From the UHGV virus genome UHGV-1764584: DNA of 15,232 nt; one strand, given 5' to 3'. Below are positions 1 through 7,294 of this stretch, in pieces (within the stretch, counting starts at the first letter, position 1; the number at the start of each line of letters is the position of its first letter). Below the pieces are notes generated by a model. That model did no database searches. It was not told the origin of the DNA and saw only the letters and a list, made by a program, of their open reading frames with translations. Made by a program: the position numbers and the translations under genes. The DNA is from a virus.

Positions 1-55
<55 letters not shown>

Positions 56-183
56 CTTTGTCGGTTTACGGATAACCAGGCAGTTATCGGCCCTGACATT
101 TTTTACAGGTCGGCGAGTCTGCGTCTTCCTTCCTTCGAGGATGGCCCTAACCATATCGTCATTAAAAACAACACCACGTTCTT

Positions 184-375
184 TCATTTAGAAGCCACCT
201 TGTTCAATTTCCGGCGACAAGACACGCAATCATCAGGACTCTCAAAAGTGTCTGGCTCACGGTAATCACCAAAATACATCCAACGGCCGCAAATGCTGGT
301 CACTTCACCTTCATTAAAATAATGATGTTTATTCGCCTTCATTGGCCTGACCCATCCGGCATTTTTCTTGCTCAC
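184..375 (-). CDS. Small Cys/His-containing hypothetical protein (about 63 aa), last gene of the wHTH operon
   Basis: A GTG start overlaps the TGA stop of the upstream gene (GTGA coupling) and is preceded by GGAGGAG. An alternative ATG start is at 342. No recognisable family. Confidence 0.3.
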   Translation of the reverse strand: MSKKNAGWVRPMKANKHHYFNEGEVTSICGRWMYFGDYREPDTFESPDDCVSCRRKLNKVASK

Positions 376-737
376 TTCAACTCCTCCCGACGACGTTCCT
401 GAAGCTCTAGCATTGCGGCTCGGAAATCCTGCCACCATTCTTCATCGGCTACTGGGGTGTTCCGCTCCAGCACCTTGTCCGCATCGGCGATCAGGTTTGC
501 CAGACTCTTGTCTGAAATCTTCGTTACCGGAGTCGTTGGTTGCTCAACCTGCCCGATAGGTTTTATCGTGCTCAAAAGGAGGCGACGGCGGGAAAGTGGT
601 GCCCCACAACGACGGCCATCTTCCTTGCGATATGTTTCTTTCGGACCAACACACCAGGTTGTCGGCGTCTCGCGCAACTTCACTTTTTTCTCACCATCAT
701 TGGTAATGATTATTCCGGTATGTGTTTTGATGCTCAT
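372..737 (-). CDS. Hypothetical protein (121 aa), translationally coupled to the upstream wHTH gene
   Basis: Intact ORF whose ATG overlaps the upstream stop (ATGA at 734-737). Charged C-terminal helical region; no family recognised. Confidence 0.45.
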   Translation of the reverse strand: MSIKTHTGIIITNDGEKKVKLRETPTTWCVGPKETYRKEDGRRCGAPLSRRRLLLSTIKPIGQVEQPTTPVTKISDKSLANLIADADKVLERNTPVADEEWWQDFRAAMLELQERRREELK

Positions 738-1015
738 GCCACAGCCCCTCTCAACGGCTTAACTTTGGCTAATAAGGTGTTAAACAACATGGAGTTAGGA
801 TTCATGCCAAATGGCAATTCCGGTTTAGCGGAGTAGTACAGGCAACCATTTATTTTCCTGGTTGTTATCTGTCCTTCGGCAACCATGCTTCTCAGTCTGC
901 AACGCATAGAGTTCTGCGACACACCAATGTGCTCCGCGATTACGTCCACTTTTGAACATGGGTGATCGGTCAGGAAATTAATCACATCTTGGGGGTTAAT
1001 AATTTTGCGTTTCAT
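734..1015 (-). CDS. Small winged-helix DNA-binding regulator (PapI/FaeA-like pattern)
   Basis: ORF trimmed to the Met of MKRKIINPQ, which has an AAGGA Shine-Dalgarno about 10 nt upstream. The stretch VINFLTDHP...VIAEHIGVS...RLRSMVAEGQI fits a wHTH regulator. An AT-rich box lies immediately upstream. Confidence 0.5.
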   Translation of the reverse strand: MKRKIINPQDVINFLTDHPCSKVDVIAEHIGVSQNSMRCRLRSMVAEGQITTRKINGCLYYSAKPELPFGMNPNSMLFNTLLAKVKPLRGAVA

Positions 1016-1030
1016 TGTCGAGGCATCCTT

Positions 1031-1060
1031 ATACATTTATATAAATATATAATTCTATAT
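1031..1060. repeat. AT-rich box (TTTATATAAATATATAATTCTATATA), member of a dispersed repeat family
   Basis: Shares the TATATAAAT and TATAATT(A/C)TATA cores with boxes at 2248-2280, 6001-6030, 6076-6103, 6781-6812 and 11722-11752. Sits in the promoter position of the 734-1015 operon. Confidence 0.5.
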
Positions 1061-1061
1061 A

Positions 1062-1081
1062 CGGCGGGAGACGTCCCGCCG
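1062..1081 (-). terminator. GC-rich hairpin downstream of the DUF3560-like gene (possible terminator)
   Basis: Perfect 8-bp stem CGGCGGGA/TCCCGCCG with a 4-nt loop, 12 nt past the stop at 1093. The following tract is AU-rich rather than a clean U-run. Confidence 0.35.
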
Positions 1082-1092
1082 TAGGCTTACTG

Positions 1093-2160
1093 TCAGGCTT
1101 TCAATAGCGATTCTTTTAGATATCGGGCATCAGCCAGGGCGTTTGGAGTAATCTTGCGAACCCATGCATTACGGGTTGGACTCCACTTAAAGGCGCGTGA
1201 TTTAAGCAGCGAACGAATGTTTGCCTCTGGTTTGCCAGGGAAATAAAACAGGATGCGGTTATCCTCTGGATCTATCTCCATAGAAAAGCCGTCGTATTCT
1301 TCGCGCTGTGCTCCTGTTACAGACTTGACCGATTCAAGCTCCTTAATACGGCTCTGTAGTCGTTTGATTTCGGCGTTATTGTTGCTCAGTGCGTATGAAG
1401 GGAATCCGATGCGCCCACAGAAATCTCCGGCCAGTAACTCTTTGGCTTCGCTTTCTGTAAACCTGAGATCGATTAATGCAGAAAGCTGCTGTAATTGGTC
1501 TTTTTTGTATTTGCGAATGGCCTTATTTGCGGCCTTCATTTTGACGTGTGACTTCATGCAGCCTTGCAGCTTACGAAGCAACTTAAATAGCGCATCAGGA
1601 TCATCAGACGAAATTCCATTACGACCAACACCTGCGGCTTTGCTCTCGTAGTGTGATGCTTTACTTTCGCATTCAACAAACGCTTTTCTTAATAACGCAT
1701 CAGCTTTAGACAAACGGCGGCGATGGCCTTTCGCGCTATAATGGTCAACTAAAATCGGCTGGCCTAACGGGATCACATCCAACAGGTCATGCGCTCGCTT
1801 ATGCGCTACCGCACCTTCTTTTCTGGCTTTTTCTGCACGAGCAATATATCGGGCAAGACGCGCGTTCTGGCGTTCCTGATAGGTGTTTACGTAATCATCT
1901 CCGCGCTGCTGCTGTTCAAGCCATGCTTTGCGCAGATCTTCTGTTACGTCCACCAGCTCCGCAGGGATACAACCAGTTTGGGCTTCATAAGAGTAACCAT
2001 CCTCATAGATGCGCCCATCGTCTTCAACAAAGAAAAAGGTTTCGTGCTCATCGCTTTTGACCATACGACCATTAACATGGCGTAATAGGTAGCCAGTATC
2101 AGTGCTTAACAGGCTGTTAGGGTTGTTGATCCAGTCAGAAATAATTTCTTGTTTATTCAT
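1093..2160 (-). CDS. 355-aa protein, DUF3560-like (family recalled from memory), function unknown
   Basis: Long intact ORF with GGAG 8 nt upstream of the ATG. C-terminal motif FYFPGKPEANIRSLLKSRAFKWSPTRNAWVR resembles DUF3560 proteins. Highly charged K/R/E-rich helical middle region. Confidence 0.65.
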   Translation of the reverse strand: MNKQEIISDWINNPNSLLSTDTGYLLRHVNGRMVKSDEHETFFFVEDDGRIYEDGYSYEAQTGCIPAELVDVTEDLRKAWLEQQQRGDDYVNTYQERQNARLARYIARAEKARKEGAVAHKRAHDLLDVIPLGQPILVDHYSAKGHRRRLSKADALLRKAFVECESKASHYESKAAGVGRNGISSDDPDALFKLLRKLQGCMKSHVKMKAANKAIRKYKKDQLQQLSALIDLRFTESEAKELLAGDFCGRIGFPSYALSNNNAEIKRLQSRIKELESVKSVTGAQREEYDGFSMEIDPEDNRILFYFPGKPEANIRSLLKSRAFKWSPTRNAWVRKITPNALADARYLKESLLKA

Positions 2161-2166
2161 CAGATT

Positions 2167-2280
2167 TCTCCGGTTTAACCAGGGCGGGTATCGCTCGGTT
2201 TCGGGTATAACCTTAGGAAATTTTTTCCCACCTGTAAAGCACTTTTTATATAAATCTATAATTATATATTTATAGATTTT
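2167..2280 (-). promoter_or_regulatory. Copy A of a duplicated promoter/5' leader module (about 110 bp), includes RBS and AT-rich box
   Basis: Near-identical to 11643-11752 (1-2 mismatches over roughly 100 bp). In gene orientation it contains TTTACA, a 17-bp spacer, TAAGGT, and the GGAG RBS. Lies directly downstream of the Q-like gene. Confidence 0.6.
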
Positions 2281-2329
2281 CGATGTTCCCGATGTCTACA
2301 CACCATCAAAATAGCTCAAAATGACACTT

Positions 2330-2707
2330 TTACTCTCTTCGCTTTTTCAAATAGTCGACAACATACGCCCTGGCTTTTGCCAGCTTCCGGCGATACTGTC
2401 TGAGACTAAGAGAAAGGGCGTGGGCTTTATCAATATGCGGTGCATTTATGTCGAGGCCCCGAATCTCCCACGCCCCGTATTCAATTCGGACAACCAGCGC
2501 CGCAGTCTCATCAACTACCGTGAGGGCCGTCACCGCTCCCTCGATACTGGTTTCCAGTGAGTCATTTGGTGCGCCGCCCCCTCCGGTAAACTGGCAGCGC
2601 GTAACCATCATCATTTCTAACATCGACGCGAAACCGCTACGGGCGTTGCAGCCATTGCGCACCCACAGCGCCCATAGCTCAAACAAGCTATCCAGATCGC
2701 GTCTCAC
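2330..2707 (-). CDS. Q-like antitermination protein (phage 82/21-type pattern), tentative
   Basis: 125 aa and last gene of the early operon. The N-terminal LFELWALWVRNG...SGF pattern resembles the VLERWGAWAANN... start of recalled lambdoid Q-type proteins. Family assignment unverified. Confidence 0.45.
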   Translation of the reverse strand: MRRDLDSLFELWALWVRNGCNARSGFASMLEMMMVTRCQFTGGGGAPNDSLETSIEGAVTALTVVDETAALVVRIEYGAWEIRGLDINAPHIDKAHALSLSLRQYRRKLAKARAYVVDYLKKRRE

Positions 2708-2710
2708 TGT

Positions 2711-3043
2711 TCAGATCTCCCGTATCGTGACGGGATAAAGCGCCTCTACCTGCTTTTTCTTCATGATGTAGACGTCTGTTCGCACACCTTTAGTGTCGAC
2801 ACAATCAATCGTCCCATCGTCATAAAACACCATGAAATCAAGTTTATAAACGACACCACCAGGCAGATGAAAAGGCACCTGCATAAGAAACGTCACAACG
2901 CGGCCAGCTTTTCTCAGTAGCTTCAGTTCGCAGTAGTAATCAGCCTCTTTTTTGCTATCAAAAGCGATATCATCGACAACAGTTTTTTTATTGCCGTATT
3001 TGCTTTTCCTGGTCGCTGGTTTGCGAAAGCCGGTATATCTCAT
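2711..3043 (-). CDS. DUF1064-family phage protein
   Basis: The N-terminus YGNKKTVVDDIAFDSKKEADYY and the motifs YKLDFMVFYDDG and ALYP match the DUF1064 pattern common in lambdoid nin regions. Confidence 0.65.
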   Translation of the reverse strand: MRYTGFRKPATRKSKYGNKKTVVDDIAFDSKKEADYYCELKLLRKAGRVVTFLMQVPFHLPGGVVYKLDFMVFYDDGTIDCVDTKGVRTDVYIMKKKQVEALYPVTIREI

Positions 3044-3444
3044 TTGGTATCCCCTGGTACTTCACCAAGACTAAGATCAAACCCAATTTCGTCTTTAACT
3101 GACTGCGGCAACAGCTCCCACGTCTGCGCACACAAAAATTCATCGGTGCCATAACGCTCAACAAAGCGAGCACAATTACTCAGGGGAGGGTGACGAACGG
3201 CAATATGCGGAGGCACGCGCCCACCACCAGGCACAACACCGCGATGATGTGGTGCGCACAACCCAAAGCTATGGAAGTGGCAATTCTCATCAACGCTGCC
3301 GTAATCAGGATCGTGATGTAGCTCCGTCCACAGCTCTGGATTCTCAATTTCACGGCCATCAATAATGCAAGCTATGCAACCCACGTGAGTGAGCACCGCT
3401 TGTATATAAAGTTTCTCTTTCTTCGTTGGTGTACGTCCGTTCAT
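3040..3444 (-). CDS. Ref-family recombination enhancement nuclease (HNH)
   Basis: MNGRTPTKKEK...GCIACII...ELHHD...CHFH...LCAPHHRG...RHP...FVERYGTDEFL matches the recalled Ref-family pattern. ATGA overlap with the downstream gene. Confidence 0.6.
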   Translation of the reverse strand: MNGRTPTKKEKLYIQAVLTHVGCIACIIDGREIENPELWTELHHDPDYGSVDENCHFHSFGLCAPHHRGVVPGGGRVPPHIAVRHPPLSNCARFVERYGTDEFLCAQTWELLPQSVKDEIGFDLSLGEVPGDTK

Positions 3445-3677
3445 CAGCGCCCCTTACCATTGATAAAGAGGTTGAACTCGTTGATTAACTGGACATACAT
3501 GCTTCTGGCCGCGTAGTTCTTTGCCAGCTCTTTACGGGATGAGATCCCGCAAAACTCACGCAGAATCACAGAGGCCTCAGAACTGTTTGAAACGTTCTTC
3601 CCTGTTTTACTGGTCAGAAAGTGCCAGAATTGGGGATTCTGGCAATGCATCGCAGCACCGCGAACATAACTACTCAT
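3444..3677 (-). CDS. Hypothetical phage early-operon protein (77 aa)
   Basis: Intact ORF tightly coupled to its neighbours (overlaps at both ends). No family recognised. Confidence 0.45.
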   Translation of the reverse strand: MSSYVRGAAMHCQNPQFWHFLTSKTGKNVSNSSEASVILREFCGISSRKELAKNYAARSMYVQLINEFNLFINGKGR

Positions 3678-4189
3678 TGATGGCCCCCGTCATTTCTGGT
3701 GCTTTTCACCGTGCGGCTTCTTAAAAACCTGCCATCACGAACAACAGACACTTCTCGTTTACCCAACCTCATTTCACGGCGGTAACATTCAGAAAATGCC
3801 TCGTCCGGCATCATATAAATGCGACGCTTCGCCTCCGTATCCAGAAGGGAACGGCTTGGGGTTACATATAAAAACGACTCATCAATAGGGACCAAACCAC
3901 GAGCAAGAATTGCTGGCAGAATGCCAGGAAGAACGCAGAAAACAGCTCCACGATGCAGCAACATCTGGTACTCCATGACCTCCGTTATCCCCGTGACTAC
4001 TGTTACGGTGTCACGTCTGTTACGGCTGGCAACCAGTCGCTGCACACGTCCAATTTTCTGATCTACAGATAGATGTTTGCTATCGTTATCAATATGATCG
4101 ATAACAAATCCTTTAATCGTTTGATCAAGGTAGTGCACCACCTTCGATTGAATCTGGTGATTATCACCAAAGAAGGCCAGAATCATCAT
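3674..4189 (-). CDS. Hypothetical phage early-operon protein (171 aa)
   Basis: Intact ORF with ATGA overlaps to both neighbours. Possibly a nin-region DUF but not recognised with confidence. Confidence 0.45.
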   Translation of the reverse strand: MMILAFFGDNHQIQSKVVHYLDQTIKGFVIDHIDNDSKHLSVDQKIGRVQRLVASRNRRDTVTVVTGITEVMEYQMLLHRGAVFCVLPGILPAILARGLVPIDESFLYVTPSRSLLDTEAKRRIYMMPDEAFSECYRREMRLGKREVSVVRDGRFLRSRTVKSTRNDGGHQ

Positions 4190-4680
4190 TCCTCAAGCCT
4201 CCCAAGTGCTGAACGCCGGGCGTTGCTAATCTCCTTATGAATCAGCTCGATATCGCTGGAATCTTTATTCTTAAACTCCAGCATGGCAATCGCATCACGA
4301 ACCTCTGAAACGGTTACGTGTGAGTGTTTCCAGCGAGCAATGAATCGCGGACCGCGTAGATTGCAACGCTCCGCAGGCATCCCCAGCTCAGAGAAAACCG
4401 CTTTCAGCCTTGATAAGCAGTTAACAGGGAGATTCCCTTTGATCTTGTTCTGCCGAACCGATGTGCCATCGCTACGCTGGCGCTGACGTTCGGCAAAATC
4501 TGCCGCCCATTGCTGGACGTTAATCCGGCCTTCCGAATACGCCACCAGCAGCGTCAGGTTATCCGCACGAGGGAATCTCTCGAAGCGATACCAGGCACCA
4601 ATCAGTGATGACGTAAAGCCAAACTTTCTGGCAACACCAATTTGGCCTCCATTTTCGTCAACCCACTCCTGAAAGGTCAT
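4186..4680 (-). CDS. Cro/CII-like HTH DNA-binding protein with C-terminal extension, first gene of the early operon
   Basis: N-terminal GGQIGVARKFGFTSSLIGAWYRFERFPRADNLTLLVAYSEG resembles the lambda CII-type HTH. GGAG lies 9 nt upstream of the ATG. Divergent from the cI-like gene across the operator region. Confidence 0.5.
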   Translation of the reverse strand: MTFQEWVDENGGQIGVARKFGFTSSLIGAWYRFERFPRADNLTLLVAYSEGRINVQQWAADFAERQRQRSDGTSVRQNKIKGNLPVNCLSRLKAVFSELGMPAERCNLRGPRFIARWKHSHVTVSEVRDAIAMLEFKNKDSSDIELIHKEISNARRSALGRLEE

Positions 4681-4698
4681 TTAACGAACTCCAGTTAA

Positions 4699-4826
4699 AC
4701 CACAATATGTGGTATTAAAACCACATATTGTGAGTTTTTCAATGGGCGAAACAAAAAATAACCTTCTATTTGTGGTCCACCTCTCGTCTTACCATGTGAA
4801 AACCACTAAATGTGGTAATGTATAAA
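4699..4826. promoter_or_regulatory. Divergent promoter/operator region between the cro-like and cI-like genes
   Basis: Operator-like sites: O1 4699-4713 (ACCACA-ATA-TGTGGT, perfect), O2 4720-4734 (ACCACA-TAT-TGTGAG), O4 4802-4816 (ACCACT-AAA-TGTGGT). Leftward promoter TTGAAA (rc of 4737-4742), 17 bp, TTTAAT (rc of 4714-4719), with O2 in the spacer. Rightward candidate -10 TATAAA at 4821-4826. Confidence 0.55.
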
Positions 4827-4853
4827 TAACCCACCATTCACGATTGATGAGAC

Positions 4854-5510
4854 ATGAAAAGCAACGACGAGAACATCAAGAAAGAAATAGGTCTGCGCAT
4901 TCAGACTCTACGGAAACAATCCGGCATGACTGCCGGAGATCTCCAGCAAGTCACTGGAATAGGCTTAAGCACCTTGCAGAACTATGAGGCCGGATTAAGA
5001 CAACCATCTATACCTGCCATCAAGAAAATCGCGCACGCCCTGAAAGCATCAGCGCCTTATATCGCGTGCTTAACAGATAACCCGTTCCCACCCCAGAATA
5101 CTAACGCTCCTGTTATTCCTGGGCTTGTAGCTATAAAAAATGACATAGCATCGCACGCCGGAGAAAAGCCAGTGCTGGCGATAGAACAGGAGATTCTACG
5201 AAGCAAGAACATCAACCCATCGTCTCTGTCAGTTCTCCAGAGCAACGATGAGTTAATGTCACCAACAATATCCCCTGGCTCCCAAGTCCTGATTAATACA
5301 GACGATACAGAGATTCATGAGGGGATCTATGCCCTTGAAGACAGAAATGGCCTGGTTGTTTTGAGGCACTGTAGAGTCATACCGGGTGACAATGCTGTTA
5401 TGCTGTCAACCGAAAGGGATGCTGAAATGAACACTAAGCATCTGAATAACGAGGAATTTAAGCGTTATAAAGTTCTTGGCCGCGTAGTTAGTGTTGTCAA
5501 CTGGTTATGA
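4854..5510 (+). CDS. cI-like repressor (XRE-type HTH plus LexA/S24-like C-terminal domain)
   Basis: N-terminal HTH (IGLRIQTLRKQSGMTAGDLQQVTGIGLSTLQNYEAG). C-terminal domain shows the S24-like pattern (GIYALEDRNGLVVLR...VLGRVVSV). Confidence 0.8.
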   Translation: MKSNDENIKKEIGLRIQTLRKQSGMTAGDLQQVTGIGLSTLQNYEAGLRQPSIPAIKKIAHALKASAPYIACLTDNPFPPQNTNAPVIPGLVAIKNDIASHAGEKPVLAIEQEILRSKNINPSSLSVLQSNDELMSPTISPGSQVLINTDDTEIHEGIYALEDRNGLVVLRHCRVIPGDNAVMLSTERDAEMNTKHLNNEEFKRYKVLGRVVSVVNWL

Positions 5511-5517
5511 TACACAG

Positions 5518-5533
5518 CACGGCGAAAGCCGTG
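5518..5533 (+). terminator. Short hairpin after the cI-like gene (weak terminator/attenuator candidate)
   Basis: CACGGC-GAAA-GCCGTG, a 6-bp stem with a GAAA loop, followed by CATTTCTACGCTC. Confidence 0.3.
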
Positions 5534-5551
5534 CATTTCTACGCTCAAAAA

Positions 5552-5591
5552 AACCACATTTTGTGGTTTTGACAACATGTAAAAGTATAAA
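5552..5591 (+). promoter_or_regulatory. Operator O5 plus promoter elements upstream of gene 5603-5977
   Basis: O5 at 5552-5568 is a perfect 7-bp-arm palindrome AACCACA-TTT-TGTGGTT. TTGACA at 5569-5574 and TATAAA at 5586-5591 follow. Exact promoter geometry unresolved. Confidence 0.5.
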
Positions 5592-5602
5592 AGAGGCTAC
5601 GC

Positions 5603-5977
5603 ATGGAATTACATACAGCCAATAAAAACGAAACTCTGATCACTGCTGGAATCGAAATCCAAGCGTTGAACATAGCGATTGAGTGTATGTTATGCCAACT
5701 CATTGATAATGAGAAAGATATCGACTGGATAGAATCTATCCTTCATCTGGCATCAGAACAAAAAGTCTGCCTCAAAACGGCCTTACAATACGATGTGCCA
5801 GCGGTATCGAAGCTGTGCCAGTCATTGATGGCATATAACAGGGCTATTATTTCTGTATGCCTCATGATTCTCGATGAAAACCCCCCTCTTAGCGACCGCT
5901 CAGAAGCTGCTCTAACCCTCTCACGTAAACAGCGACAGCTAGCAAATCAACTGATATCAACGATAGCTGACCTCTGA
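5603..5977 (+). CDS. Hypothetical 124-aa protein downstream of the cI-like gene
   Basis: Intact ORF with AAGAGG 6 nt upstream of the ATG, followed by a hairpin at 5981-6000. Predicted mostly helical; no family recognised. Confidence 0.5.
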   Translation: MELHTANKNETLITAGIEIQALNIAIECMLCQLIDNEKDIDWIESILHLASEQKVCLKTALQYDVPAVSKLCQSLMAYNRAIISVCLMILDENPPLSDRSEAALTLSRKQRQLANQLISTIADL

Positions 5978-5980
5978 CTG

Positions 5981-6000
5981 CAAGCGGGCTAACGCCCGCT
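5981..6000 (+). terminator. Hairpin terminator candidate after gene 5603-5977
   Basis: AAGCGGGC-TAAC-GCCCGCTT, an 8-bp stem 4 nt past the stop, followed by an AU-rich tract. Confidence 0.45.
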
Positions 6001-6103
6001 TATATGATTATAGATTTATATAATTATATAAAACGCTTTTCATCCGCCAAAAAGTTGGTTATGCTTACCTCGTTCTATAAATATAGATTTATAGAATTAT
6101 ATA
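6001..6103. repeat. Two AT-rich boxes upstream of parA (candidate par operator/centromere-like repeats)
   Basis: TATAGATTTATA at 6008-6019 and 6082-6093, each followed by (T)AATTATATAA. The same core recurs at 6798-6809. Confidence 0.5.
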
Positions 6104-6127
6104 ACCAAACACATGGAGTCTCGACAA

Positions 6128-6781
6128 ATGACTATCTCTGTAGGTATTTTCAACGGAAAAGGCGGCGTAACCAAATCAACAATTGCCCGTGCTTTAGCAG
6201 TTGCTTATGCAAAGGCTGGCTGGAATGTATGCCTGATCGATATGGATGTGCTTAACGGAACGGTAACGCGTTGGGTACAACGCAGAATGGCCAACAATAT
6301 CGAACCAGCAATCGCGGCGCAGCCGTGCGGCACACCATCACAAGTCCAGAAAATCATCGAATCAGAAGTATACGACCTGGTTATCGTCGATGGCGGTGCC
6401 TACGCATCTGAATCAGTACCGAAGCTCTCTGAATTTCTGGATATGGTTATTTTGCCAACCAGATTCTCTACCGATGACCTGGAAACCACCGTTAACACAG
6501 CTCACGGCATCGTTAAAAAGGGTGTACCAATCAAGAAAATTTGCATGGTGTTTTCCGGCGCGGCTGAAAACGAAGCTGACTATATTGAAGCCCAAGAGTA
6601 CCTGGCTAATACGCCATACTTTGTTGTCGATAAGTACATTCCCCACAAGCCAGCTCTGAGCAAAGCTCAGGATAAGGGCTTAAGCCTCATTGAGTGCTCA
6701 TACGTTGCGCCACGCAAAAAGGCAGACGACGTTATTCAGGGGATTATCAACCAGCTTGAGGCTCTGACTACTGCCGCGTAA
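6128..6781 (+). CDS. parA: ParA-family partition ATPase (small ParF-type)
   Basis: Deviant Walker A GKGGVTKST, Walker A' LIDMD, and VIVDGGAYAS hydrophobic motif. Start chosen at ATG 6128 (GGAG at 6115-6118, 9-nt spacing); the ORF track's 6113 start is 5 codons longer. Confidence 0.8.
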   Translation: MTISVGIFNGKGGVTKSTIARALAVAYAKAGWNVCLIDMDVLNGTVTRWVQRRMANNIEPAIAAQPCGTPSQVQKIIESEVYDLVIVDGGAYASESVPKLSEFLDMVILPTRFSTDDLETTVNTAHGIVKKGVPIKKICMVFSGAAENEADYIEAQEYLANTPYFVVDKYIPHKPALSKAQDKGLSLIECSYVAPRKKADDVIQGIINQLEALTTAA

Positions 6782-6812
6782 TATATAATTATAGTTTTAT
6801 AGATTTATATAA
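6781..6812. repeat. AT-rich box between parA and the parG-like gene
   Basis: ATATATAATTATAGTTTTATAGATTTATATAA, carrying the same TATAGATTTATATAA core as 6008-6022. Confidence 0.5.
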
Positions 6813-6824
6813 GAGGGGATACAC

Positions 6825-7073
6825 ATGGCCGCACCATCAAAACCACCAAAGAAGAACAGCAAAGGCGTACCGCCATCGATCGAACAACCGCAGGTTTTCG
6901 ACCCGACTGAAACGCCAACCAGAACCAAATCAGGTGGGGCACAAATGGCGTTTAACGTCGACCCTGAATTTAAACGCGAGTACAAAACGTTCGCCAGCTC
7001 AATGGATATGTCATTGAAAGAAGTGCTGACAAAATCTTTTGAGTTACTCAAGGCTCAATACAACCAGAAGTAA
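6825..7073 (+). CDS. ParG-like ribbon-helix-helix partition/centromere-binding protein (82 aa)
   Basis: Directly downstream of parA with an AAGAGGGG RBS. Basic, Pro-rich, likely disordered N-terminal tail, then MAFNVDPEFKREYKTFASSMDMSLKEVLTKSFELLKAQ, a strand-helix-helix pattern comparable to TP228 ParG. Confidence 0.55.
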   Translation: MAAPSKPPKKNSKGVPPSIEQPQVFDPTETPTRTKSGGAQMAFNVDPEFKREYKTFASSMDMSLKEVLTKSFELLKAQYNQK

Positions 7074-7135
7074 GAGAAGGTGACGGCCTCCAGCGCCAAC
7101 TGTTGGCCGTCGCGACACAACAAGGGGAATTTGTT

Positions 7136-7285
7136 ATGTCCGAGCAACAATATACACGGTTACTGAAAACTCGTCTAACCGACCTCAAACGGCTGCAAGC
7201 TGGTCGCTTATTTGCCCTGCTATCCACCAGGCCAGAATGGGTACGTGAAGCAGTTCTGAAAGGCTTAATGCGCTCCAGCGTTTAA
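7136..7285 (+). CDS. Small hypothetical ORF (49 aa)
   Basis: ATG with a GGGGAA RBS, basic helical peptide. No homology recognised; could be non-coding. Confidence 0.25.
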   Translation: MSEQQYTRLLKTRLTDLKRLQAGRLFALLSTRPEWVREAVLKGLMRSSV

Positions 7286-7294
7286 ATTCAACCA

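Noticed and set aside
1253-2085. Plus-strand ORFs (1253-1651, 1789-2085) inside the DUF3560-like gene
   Set aside because: Antisense to a long well-supported ORF with a good RBS. Low-complexity Ser/Leu-rich translations typical of shadow ORFs.
3674-4189. Assigning the 171-aa and 77-aa early proteins to named nin-region DUF families
   Set aside because: The resemblance I recalled was too vague to state; left as hypothetical.
6390-6659. Overlapping ORFs on both strands inside parA (6390-6659 plus, 6413-6646 minus)
   Set aside because: Lie within the ParA coding frame, which has clear Walker motifs; no independent support.
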